Origin: a virus
Taxonomy: Duplodnaviria > Caudoviricetes
IMG/VR virus record: IMGVR_UViG_3300008267_006297
Coordinates: 1-28,573 of that record
Strand: one strand, 5' to 3'
Length of the DNA: 28,573 nt
The translations under genes and the position numbers were made by a program. The notes under the pieces were generated by a model, which worked only from the letters and a program-made list of their open reading frames with translations, ran no database searches and was not told where the DNA came from. This document shows positions 1 to 8,900 of this stretch, piece after piece (position 1 is the first letter of the stretch; each line of letters starts with the position of its first letter).

Positions 1-1
1 C

Positions 2-910
2 CCCGACCTGCCGACCGGCAGCGCGGTGCGTTTCGACACCGTTTCGACCAACAACCCCCTGCCGATCACCATCTTCGACAGCGGTCTTGCGGCTCCTGTG
101 ACCCGTCAGGTCATCGGCTACTCGCCGGACGCTCCGGGTGATGAGGTCGGCCCCGGCACCCTGACCCTGTCGGGCGGCGCCGTGACCGTGTCTGATCGTG
201 ACTACGTCTACTCTGCTGACCGCACCTACATCGTGCGCGTTGGTGGCGGCAACAGCGTCAACGACATCGGCTCCAACGACACGCTGAAGCTCTCGGACAT
301 CCGCGCTGCGGTGGCCCGCTTCTGGCAGGAGAACGTGCCGGAGCACGCCGATGGTCGCTTCCACTGCCACCTCGACCCGACCTCGCAGGCTCAGGTCTTC
401 GGTGATCAGGAGTGGCGTCAGCTGCTCACCTCGCTGCCGGATTACTACATGTACCGGCAGTTCGCCCTTGGCGAGTTGCTCAACACCGTGTTCTTCCGTA
501 ACTCGGAGTGCCCGGTTCCTGAGACCGTTGATGGTGGCCAGACTGCGACCTTCTCGCAGGAAGACCCCTTCGCTGGCGAACTCTACAACGACGGCACCAC
601 CGCTGGCGTGAAGGTTCACCGTGCGCTGTTCTCTGGCCAGGGTGGTATCTACGAGTACTATCAGGACATGGGCGGGCTGCTTACGGACGCTGGCATCACC
701 GGCAAGGTGGGCGAGCCCCGCGTCACGAACAACAGCATTGAGGTCTTCACCGACCGCATCCAGCTGATCCTCCGTTCGCCGCTGAACCGCCTCCAGGATC
801 TGGTTTCGACCAGCTGGAAGTTCATCGGTGATTGGCCGGTTCGCACCGACGCCACCACTGGCGACGCAGCGCGTTATAAGCGCTTCGCGGTTGTGATGTC
901 GGGCGAGTAA
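2..910 (+). CDS. Major capsid protein, N4-gp56-like/HK97 fold (5'-truncated by the window edge)
   Basis: The frame is open from base 2 (PDLPTGSAVRF...), so the GTG at 26 is probably not the real start. DTLKLSDIRAAVARFWQENVP...GRFHCHLDPTSQAQVFGDQEW resembles the 'I..aV..L...nvP....G.Y....hP.......D..W' segment of N4-gp56-type capsid proteins. Strongly C/G-ending codons; lies just upstream of the neck genes. Confidence 0.8.
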   Translation, partial: PDLPTGSAVRFDTVSTNNPLPITIFDSGLAAPVTRQVIGYSPDAPGDEVGPGTLTLSGGAVTVSDRDYVYSADRTYIVRVGGGNSVNDIGSNDTLKLSDIRAAVARFWQENVPEHADGRFHCHLDPTSQAQVFGDQEWRQLLTSLPDYYMYRQFALGELLNTVFFRNSECPVPETVDGGQTATFSQEDPFAGELYNDGTTAGVKVHRALFSGQGGIYEYYQDMGGLLTDAGITGKVGEPRVTNNSIEVFTDRIQLILRSPLNRLQDLVSTSWKFIGDWPVRTDATTGDAARYKRFAVVMSGE

Positions 911-920
911 AGCCTAGAGT

Positions 921-1322
921 GCAGGGCGCCTTGCTTGAAGTAGATGCGGGCGCCCTGCCTTACGCTTGACATCGTTTCACCTCACCCGCGATGCGGGTTT
1001 ATGTATGGGACACGACCGTCCCGTCTTGAGGTGATCCCGGATACCTGGTCACCTGTGGTGGCCCTTGTCATGGTTCCGGGTTTTACCGACCACATAGTGT
1101 GTCGGTGTATGGGGCAAACCCAGCGTTTTTACGCTTGGAACCGCCCCGCCTTGCGGTGATAGGACTCGCTCGCCTTCATGGCTCGTCGTTTGTCCTATCG
1201 GCTTTGTCTGCGGGGCCGGTCTTGTTCGGGCTGCTACCGCCGTCACGGGGTCGGATAACCCCGGTTAATCGCAGCCCTTCGTTATGACCGGCCCCGCGCC
1301 GCGCTTTCCCTGACCCAAGGGA
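921..1322. ncRNA. Candidate structured non-coding RNA or large cis-regulatory leader (unassigned family)
   Basis: Nested inverted repeats cover the whole intergenic gap: 921-930/949-958, 977-984/1027-1034, 1072-1077/1137-1142, 1085-1090/1101-1106, 1158-1165/1192-1199, 1210-1221/1286-1297, 1228-1234/1271-1277. No convincing ORF. Confidence 0.45.
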
Positions 1323-1334
1323 CGGAGATTTTCA

Positions 1335-1649
1335 ATGGCACGCAGGCGCAAGGATCAAGCATCGCTGGACATGGTGGAGGCTGTGGAGCCTGCCATTGTG
1401 GACGCTGCTGAAGTTGCTGCACCTTCGGTTGAGGCAGATGTGCTTCCCGGTGGCGTGGAGGATCAGGAGGAGGCTTCTGTTGAGATTGCCAACCCCACTA
1501 AGTGGTTGGTGTTGGAAGACCAAACGGTTTCTCTGTTTGGTCAGATGACACTTTTGCCTGCCGGTACGGTTGTTTCCGTGGCCTCCTATGGTCCAAGCGG
1601 AATCAAGCGTATTATGGAGCAGGGTGTGCTGCTAGAGCCGGTGGCTTAA
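1335..1649 (+). CDS. Small head-associated protein (acidic, low-complexity N-terminus and small beta domain)
   Basis: GGAG Shine-Dalgarno before the ATG; sits between capsid and adaptor genes, a typical place for small head/neck proteins. Confidence 0.7.
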   Translation: MARRRKDQASLDMVEAVEPAIVDAAEVAAPSVEADVLPGGVEDQEEASVEIANPTKWLVLEDQTVSLFGQMTLLPAGTVVSVASYGPSGIKRIMEQGVLLEPVA

Positions 1650-1674
1650 AGAGCAGACGCACCGGAGGCGGGCC

Positions 1675-2082
1675 ATGGCATTTACCGACGAGGAAAAGCA
1701 ACGCATTCGCTATCACCTCGGCTTCAACTCTGTGGCACCTGCCAGCGGCATTTCGTTCGGCATCGCTCGTCCTATTCAGACACTGTTCTTGATTGAGCAG
1801 GCTATGAACCTCCTCTTGCCAGTGGCAGAGGACAAGGTTCGCTCCATCTTGGGTATTTTGGATGGTATTGAGTGTCGTCTTGTGGACGCCCAAGACCGCT
1901 TGGCCGCTCAAAGCCTCGACAACCTGACCATGCGGCGGGACGAAACGGACGCACTGGAAGCAGAGTATTACCGTTGGGGCGGGCGTCTGGCCGACATCTT
2001 CGGTGTGCCTTTCTACGCCTACAGCAACCGCTACAAGCACCATGGCAAGAGCTACGCAGGCTCTATTCCGGTGAGGAACTAA
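1675..2082 (+). CDS. Head-tail adaptor (connector) protein
   Basis: GGAGG SD; 135-aa helical protein starting MAFTDEEKQRIRYHLG, an adaptor-like N-terminus; first gene of the neck cluster. Confidence 0.65.
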   Translation: MAFTDEEKQRIRYHLGFNSVAPASGISFGIARPIQTLFLIEQAMNLLLPVAEDKVRSILGILDGIECRLVDAQDRLAAQSLDNLTMRRDETDALEAEYYRWGGRLADIFGVPFYAYSNRYKHHGKSYAGSIPVRN

Positions 2083-2085
2083 GCC

Positions 2086-2637
2086 ATGAGCGCGTGTGGT
2101 GGCGGTCCCCGCTTCACTCAGTTGAACGGGCTGGACCTGTCACGCACGCTGGCACGTCGTCTGATTTCTACCGTGGACACCCTGCGCGACTTGAGCACCC
2201 GCTTTGGCCTGCGGCCCTACGAAGTTCGCATGGTTCGCACCAAGTGGAGCGGTGGCGAGCGGGGCATTGGCCAAGAGTTTGTGGTCTTTGACGAGCCGAT
2301 CCTGCCTACTCCACTCATTCTGGGGTTGGATGGTGTGACTCGTATCGTTCAGCCGGTGGGTTTGGACGAGATTGGTGGATGCCAGTTAACGCAGGTATCG
2401 GGCCGCTACGCAGAGGGGTTCCTGACCGGCAACGACTCAGACGGCAACCCGCTCGACCCAGACGTGCAGTACTACTTTGAGGTTGTGTTTCCGACACCTG
2501 GTAGCGTGTCGGATGGCGCTCCTCGTCGTCGTTTTTACGCTTCTAACGCGCCTACCTATGACGCGGGCAACTTTGAGTGGCGTGTGAACTTGCAGCGGTC
2601 GCACAGCGATAGGCGCAACGACGGGAGCCCCTACTAA
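2086..2637 (+). CDS. Head closure/stopper-like protein
   Basis: GAGG SD; beta-rich 183 aa; follows the adaptor; its TAA overlaps the next ATG. Function inferred from synteny. Confidence 0.55.
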   Translation: MSACGGGPRFTQLNGLDLSRTLARRLISTVDTLRDLSTRFGLRPYEVRMVRTKWSGGERGIGQEFVVFDEPILPTPLILGLDGVTRIVQPVGLDEIGGCQLTQVSGRYAEGFLTGNDSDGNPLDPDVQYYFEVVFPTPGSVSDGAPRRRFYASNAPTYDAGNFEWRVNLQRSHSDRRNDGSPY

Positions 2638-3215
2638 TGGCTCGCCGCATCATCGACATGCGGACCGTTGAGCGGGTGCCCTCACACTTGGAGCGGTATC
2701 AGCGCATTTTCATGCAAGAAGCCTATCGTGGACTGCGCGCGGTGGAGTTTTTTGCAGTAGCGACCATGCGTTATGCAGTCATGTCTGCACCGCCCACCAG
2801 CGTTGCGAACATGCAAAGCCGTCGCAAAAATGCTCCAGCAATTGTGGCTAAACCAGGTGCTATTGCCACAGGTGCGTATCGCGACGATTGGCGAGCCAAG
2901 CGTAGAACACAGAACGGCTCAATTGGTGTTTTGGTTTACAACACCAAGATATACGCCCCTAACATTGAGTACGGACGTCGCCCAGGCCGAATGCCGCCTG
3001 TGACGGCTATTCGCAAGTGGTTGCAGGTGAAGTTCTCCCTTCCTTACCGACGCGCAAAGCGCCTTGCGTGGCCTATTGCGGGTGCTATCAAGAAAAACGG
3101 CATTCGCGGTCGCAAGATTATGACCGCTGAACGCACAGAAGTCTCGTTTCGGTATCACATGGAAGAAACAGCCGTTAAGGCGCAGACTCGCGCTCTTCGG
3201 AGGGCATTCCGATGA
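2637..3215 (+). CDS. Neck/tail-completion protein, HK97 gp10-like
   Basis: Basic protein with ATGAYRDDW and VYNTKIYAPNIEYGRRPGRMPP, matching the 'N...YA..vEyG' motif of HK97-gp10-type proteins. Confidence 0.75.
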   Translation: MARRIIDMRTVERVPSHLERYQRIFMQEAYRGLRAVEFFAVATMRYAVMSAPPTSVANMQSRRKNAPAIVAKPGAIATGAYRDDWRAKRRTQNGSIGVLVYNTKIYAPNIEYGRRPGRMPPVTAIRKWLQVKFSLPYRRAKRLAWPIAGAIKKNGIRGRKIMTAERTEVSFRYHMEETAVKAQTRALRRAFR

Positions 3216-3931
3216 GTGTATGCTGCCCTACCTGTGGCGCTCCAGCCCCCAACCCTATTCAGTCGACACGCAATAGCGTTCAGTTGAAGCCAGGCGCCCG
3301 TTCCAGTGCAAGTCTTGTGAGAGAGCCTGATACGGCCCCACAACTGACCGGCTACCGTGAAACCGACGTACACACGGCCTTGGCGCGGGGATTGGCTGAG
3401 TACCTAGCCCAGCAGTCGATTGAGGTTAGCGGGCGTAAGTTGCAGCTAACCACCTACACGACTTGGGCAGAGCCAGAGGACGCCATCCGTTATCCAGCGG
3501 CTGCGGTTGGAGCGGCTGCTGGAGCCTATGATCGTGGCTTTACGCCGCAGTTGATCCAGACCGTAGACAAGAAGACGCGGCTGGTGGCTTTTTCGGAGTT
3601 CGCACAAGAGTTGAACGTGGAGGTTTGGGCAACCGATCCAAGGGAGCGGTCCTACCTCACGGCTATGGTCGAAGAGGCCCTAAATCCTGTAGAATGGATG
3701 TACGGGATGCGGCTGCTTTTGCCGTTTTACCATGGGGCTTGTGCTACCTACGAGTTGTTGACAAGCCAGTACCTTGACAGTAGCGAAGACGCGATGGCGA
3801 AGTACCGTCGCGTACAGTTTACCCTCAACGGGAACGTAACGGCTTACAGGCTGCTTGACTTCCCTGACGCAAACCCACGGCTGCGGTTGGACGTTAACGA
3901 CACTTCCGTGGTACTCACATCCGAAAGTTAG
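3212..3931 (+). CDS. Tail terminator/completion protein
   Basis: ATGA overlap with the previous gene; immediately precedes the sheath; YPAAAV and LNVEVWATDPRER...VEEAL resemble the tail-terminator pattern. Confidence 0.6.
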   Translation: MSVCCPTCGAPAPNPIQSTRNSVQLKPGARSSASLVREPDTAPQLTGYRETDVHTALARGLAEYLAQQSIEVSGRKLQLTTYTTWAEPEDAIRYPAAAVGAAAGAYDRGFTPQLIQTVDKKTRLVAFSEFAQELNVEVWATDPRERSYLTAMVEEALNPVEWMYGMRLLLPFYHGACATYELLTSQYLDSSEDAMAKYRRVQFTLNGNVTAYRLLDFPDANPRLRLDVNDTSVVLTSES

Positions 3932-3943
3932 GAGGCATTCCTT

Positions 3944-5899
3944 ATGAGCTTCATTCGCCGTTACGGTTCCTTCCCGTCCTCGCAGGTCATCAACCAGATC
4001 GAGGGCGTTGTCATTGTTGACCTTCCGCCGCCGTCCACCATTGAAGGTGTGAGCACTGGCGTTGTGGGCGTTGTTGGCGAGTTCGCTGACTTTACCTATG
4101 CCGTGAACGTGGACGGTCAGGGCAACGTGACCACCAAGCCGCAGCCTGTCGAGGTGACCTCGGCGCAGGACATGGTCAACAAGGTGGGCGGGTTTGACGC
4201 CACTCTGGGTGACTTTGGCGGCGATGACGGTAGCGGTTTTGCCACTGTGGCGAACAAGCGGTTTAGCCGCCTTGTGATCTGTCCGGTGAACTTGGCCTCG
4301 TCCAAGGGCACGCGCTTGTGGCGCGAACTGCCCACCAACACTGTGAATGCCGCTCCTGTCGTGCCGATGCAGGCCGTTACTGTGGCTGCGGGCACTGAGT
4401 TCAAGAGTGGTGCCAACCGCGTGAAGCTGGGCAAGCAGTTCACCTTTACGGGTGACATTGCCTACCTGTCTCGCACCACCGGACAGCAGAACGCCAGTGG
4501 CTCTGGCGCACAGGCTGTGTTTCAAGATGCTGGTGGCGACTTCGTCAACAGGGGCGTTAAGGTTGGCGATGCGCTGGTTGTGGGCATCATTGGCACCTCG
4601 ACCGATCCCGGCACTTACCGCATCATCGGTGTGACGGCCACGACCCTGACCGTTGAGGCCCTTGACGGTGCTGATTTCACTTGGACGGGAGAGTCTGCTC
4701 TTCCGTACCGCGTGCATCCCGCAGCCTCGTTTGACTCTGGCGACGGGTTGTACGATGACGTGACCAACTACCTCCTGCCTGCACGTCCCTTGGATGCGAC
4801 GATTACGCAGGGTAGCGCGCTGGCTGCTACGGATGCAGCACCTGCGGCAACGGAAAACACTTGGAGCCCGCTCAGTGGCCTGACGCTGGCCATCATGCCT
4901 GGCGTGGGCAACGACCTTGTCTACACGGCAGCGGTGCAGGCCCCCAACGCCCTGACCAACTCCACGCTTGAGGCTCTGTACACGACTGCATTTGAGTCGC
5001 TGCTGGCAGATGCCTACCCGGCACGGGACATCTCCATCCTTGTTGCTGCGCGTACCAGCAACAACATCCGGTCGGAGATGAAGCAGCACGTCCTGTCGGC
5101 CTCTTCGCAGGGCAAGGGGCGCATGGCAGTGCTCGCGCCTGCGGTGTCGATGGTGACTGAGTCCATCGCTCTGGGTGATGCAGCCCCGGGCGTTGGCGCT
5201 ACCCGCGACGAGCGCGTCATCTACTGCTGGCCCGGTGTGCAGACCAGCATCACGGATACGGTGGGCACCTCGCTCAAGTTGGCCAACGGTACTTACAACC
5301 GTGGCAGCGGTATTGTTGACGTGCGCGCTGATGCCTTCATGGCCAGCATTCTGAGCAACCTTGCCGCAGAGCGGAACCCCGGTCAGGCCACTGATCCGGT
5401 GCCGTTGTGCCTCTCGCCCGTCCTTGGGTTCCAATCGGGCCTGCCCAACGACTTCAGCATGACGGACTATATCCTGTTCCGTCAGAATGGCATTGCGGCC
5501 ATTCGCTTTGATCGGACGGCAGGAACCGTGTTCCAGAGCGGCATCACCACCGCACTGTCTTCGGGACAGAAGAACATCAACCGCCGCCGCATGGCTGACG
5601 AGATTCAAGACTCGCTGGCAGCGATCTATGAGCGGTTCAGCAAGCTCCCGCTGACCGTGGCGCTCAAGGACGCGATCAACGCTGAGACTGTTGCCTACCT
5701 GAGCAACCTTGTGTCGCTCAACAACCCCGCAGCCCAGCGTATTGCGGCCTACAGCGTTGACAGCAAGAGCGGAAACACGCCGCAACTGAACGCTGCTGGT
5801 ATCTACGTTGTGATCGTTCGGGTGCAGATGCTGGCTACGGCAGACGTGATCGTCCTCCAAGCGGAGGTCGGTCCCAACGTCAACATCTCGACCACCTAA
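3944..5899 (+). CDS. Contractile tail sheath protein
   Basis: AGGAGG SD; N-terminal EGVVIVDLPPPSTIEGVSTGVVGVVGEF; C-terminal NINRRRMADEIQDSL...YLSNL...RIAAYSVD...GNTPQLNAAGIYVVIVRVQMLATADVI matches the sheath C-terminal domain. Confidence 0.92.
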   Translation: MSFIRRYGSFPSSQVINQIEGVVIVDLPPPSTIEGVSTGVVGVVGEFADFTYAVNVDGQGNVTTKPQPVEVTSAQDMVNKVGGFDATLGDFGGDDGSGFATVANKRFSRLVICPVNLASSKGTRLWRELPTNTVNAAPVVPMQAVTVAAGTEFKSGANRVKLGKQFTFTGDIAYLSRTTGQQNASGSGAQAVFQDAGGDFVNRGVKVGDALVVGIIGTSTDPGTYRIIGVTATTLTVEALDGADFTWTGESALPYRVHPAASFDSGDGLYDDVTNYLLPARPLDATITQGSALAATDAAPAATENTWSPLSGLTLAIMPGVGNDLVYTAAVQAPNALTNSTLEALYTTAFESLLADAYPARDISILVAARTSNNIRSEMKQHVLSASSQGKGRMAVLAPAVSMVTESIALGDAAPGVGATRDERVIYCWPGVQTSITDTVGTSLKLANGTYNRGSGIVDVRADAFMASILSNLAAERNPGQATDPVPLCLSPVLGFQSGLPNDFSMTDYILFRQNGIAAIRFDRTAGTVFQSGITTALSSGQKNINRRRMADEIQDSLAAIYERFSKLPLTVALKDAINAETVAYLSNLVSLNNPAAQRIAAYSVDSKSGNTPQLNAAGIYVVIVRVQMLATADVIVLQAEVGPNVNISTT

Positions 5900-5950
5900 C
5901 CGAAAGCCTGACTTCCGTTCAATCCGCAGCCTGTTGTGAGGCTTTAGAAA

Positions 5951-8900
5951 ATGGCAAAGACTCTTCTTCGCAACAACAGCCAGTCGCCCATCTCCCTTCC
6001 GCCTCCATACACGGGGATTTTGGCGCCTGGTGAAGCGTTCGTGATCGATGACTCTCCTGCGAACGTCATCGCGGCGCTGCGAATTGTGCCTGAGTTGATC
6101 AACTACCTGATCGTGACTCAGGTTCCCAACTCACAACAGCCAGACCCTGTGGGCAAAGAGCAGGCGGCAGCGCAGATTGCGGCTGCGTTGTCAGAGTTGA
6201 GCCAGCCTCTTGATTTGAACGGCCAGCGGATCATCAATCTGGCAGACCCGATCGGTCCGCAGGACGCAGCCACCAAGCAGTACGTTGACGCCCATGCGGG
6301 TGGCGGCGGGACGATTACCTCGGTGACCGGGACGGCACCTGTTGCAGTGTCCGGGTCTGCCGGTCCAGTGGCAACGGTAAGCCTCAACACCACGGCAGAC
6401 TTTGCGGTGTCGGCTGGTAACCTTGACCTGTCAACGACGGTTGGTCCTGCTGCTGGTGCTTACGGAAACAGCGGCACGGCTCTGACTGAGTCGATGATGC
6501 CGGTCTTCTCGGTGGACGCTAAGGGGCGTCTAACGGGTGTGAACGAGTTCCCCGTTAACATCGGAGGAACGACTGCGAAGGTCTATGTTGATAGCGGGGA
6601 CGCTAACACCCTTGCGGCAGCAGAGGCTTACGCGCAGAGCCTTGCTTACGGTATCGCGACGAAGGCCCCTGCCCATGTGGCAACGACGGTGGCGCTGCCT
6701 GCCTACAACGTTAGTGGCGACTACCTGACGCTGACGGGTGCTGTGAACGGCGCTTTCCCGCTGATCGATGGGGAAACTGTCAACATCAACACTGAGCGGG
6801 TGTTGGTGAAGGACGAGGCTGGTGCGCTGGCTCCCAACAACGGTCTCTACATTCTGACCGATGCAGGCTCTGGCGCGACTCCGTGGGTGTTGACTCGCAC
6901 TTCGGATGCCAACACGGGCGCGACGCTGTGTGGCTCGTTGGTGACTGTGCAGACGGGTGCTGCGAATGCTGGCACCGTTTGGATTTTTGCGGCCAACCCC
7001 AGCACGTTCACGCTTGGCATTAGCCCTGCTGGTGACGTTGAGTGGACCAGCCTTCAAGTTGCAGAGGCAACGCCAGCAACGCCGGGTACGATTCAGCTTG
7101 CGGGTGGACTTGGCGGAACTGGAACTACGGCAACCGCGCCCAAGCTGGACGTAAGCAGCGGCTCTGTCGGTTCCGGCACTTTGCCTGCCAACCACGGCGG
7201 CACCGGGCAGGACACCTACGCACAAGGTGATCTGCTGGTAGGCGACCTTGGCAATACGCTGTTGAAGTTGCCGGTGGGCGCGGATCGCACCTTCTTGAAG
7301 TCAAACGGGACGACTCCAAGCTGGGCCAGTGTGGACCTCGGAACCGCTGATGTCACGGGAGTGCTGCCCTACAACCACGGCGGCACCGGACTTGCGGCCT
7401 CTGGTACGGATTCGTCACGGTTTTTGAAGTCGGATGGCGCAAACGGCTGGACTCTTGCTGTTGCTGCAACGCCAGGCCAGACGGAAATCAAGAATGTCCT
7501 GTATGTGACGATGGCGGGTAACGATGTGACCGGCGACGGTTCCATCGCAAAGCCGTTCGCAACCATTCAAGCGGCGCACGATTACGCGGCCCTTGTGGCA
7601 AATTTCCCCGTACTCACGCCTGTGGTCATCTCGGTTGCTCCGGGTTCCTACGCTGGCGCGAACCTGTCGCGCCTCAACACGTTCATTCAAGGCGCGGGCA
7701 GCAAGCCGGAAGAGAACGCGGCCACTAGGGTTAACGGTATTTTCAGTATCACTCCGGCAACGGGAGGATCAAAGTACAACACCCAGATTGGTATTGCGGG
7801 CTTTTACATTGACGGTGGCGCTTCGTTGTCGGCTATCTCGGCAGTGGGCAGCGCCGACCCGTATAGCCTTGAGGTTGTTAATTGCTACCTGACCAACTCC
7901 AGCAGCAGCGAGCCTGTAGTCAACCTCAACAACGCCAGCGCGAAGTTCTACTTCTACAGCAACATCGTCAACGCGCAGGCGTCTGGGGCCTACGGCATCA
8001 ACACGTTCAACTTCGCTGCTGGCGACATCCGTGCCTCGGACAACTACCTCTTCCAGGGCAGCGGCATTACCAGCGGGTTGGGCAACGTCCTGAGCGTGTC
8101 CGGCACGGCTTACGGCCTCTTTGATCGAACTATTGTTGAGAGCCGTCTGGCCCGTTGTGTTGAGGTGACGGGAACGACGCCGGTTGCGGTGCCTGCTGGG
8201 GGCTTCAAGTTTATCCTTGCAAACAGCAGCGTGACGAGCAGCGCGGTAGCAGCCAAGGGCGTTATTGTAACGGCAACCGCTGCCGGTGGTCGCCTTGCTG
8301 CTTTGGCCACTGACACTGCGTTTGGTGTGCTTGGCACGACTATTGATGCAAGCGGTACTACGCCTGCTCTGGTTGTCTACGCCAATCTGTCCTGCCTGCC
8401 GGGAACGACGCCTTCGCTGACTGCTGGAATGACGCCGGCCAACGAGGCCCACGGCTCGGTGCAGATCCCCTCGCTGACGAGCGCGAGCGCACCGCTGCGG
8501 GCGAGCGCCACCAAGGTCATCGAGACGGGCGCCATCGGGCTGGCGAGCGCAGACGTGAGCGGCACCCTGCCGGTGGGTAACGGCGGCACGGGCCTGTCTA
8601 CGGTCGCGCAGTACGGCATTCCCTACGGCAACACGGCAACTGCGCTGGCGGTGCTGGCACCGGACCCGGTTGCTGGCAAGGTGCTGACGACGCAGGGTCT
8701 TGGATCGCCTCCGACGTGGACGACCAGTGCCGTTGGCACTGTTGTGAGCGTCACGCTGGATACGGGCGTTACTAACGCTACTGGCTTGACGGTCAACGGT
8801 CTTACGTCGGACACCATTACCAGCAGTGGCACGTTTGCGCTGGGTGGCAAGTTGGCGGTCGCATTTGGCGGCACCAACTCGACGGCGACTCCGGTGTCTG

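Noticed and set aside
966-1000. Perfect TTGACA as a sigma70 -35 box
   Set aside because: No -10 hexamer at 16-18 bp spacing.
944-1287. Small ORFs 944-1159, 1099-1287 and 1049-1246(-)
   Set aside because: No good SD, atypical composition and mutual overlap; RNA structure explains the region better.
3680-5860. 726-aa - strand ORF, and similar long antisense ORFs (20276-22192, 23799-24794, 16495-17451, 11327-12247)
   Set aside because: Shadows of GC-rich, codon-biased + strand genes; no recognisable motifs, while the + strand genes have SDs and clear synteny.
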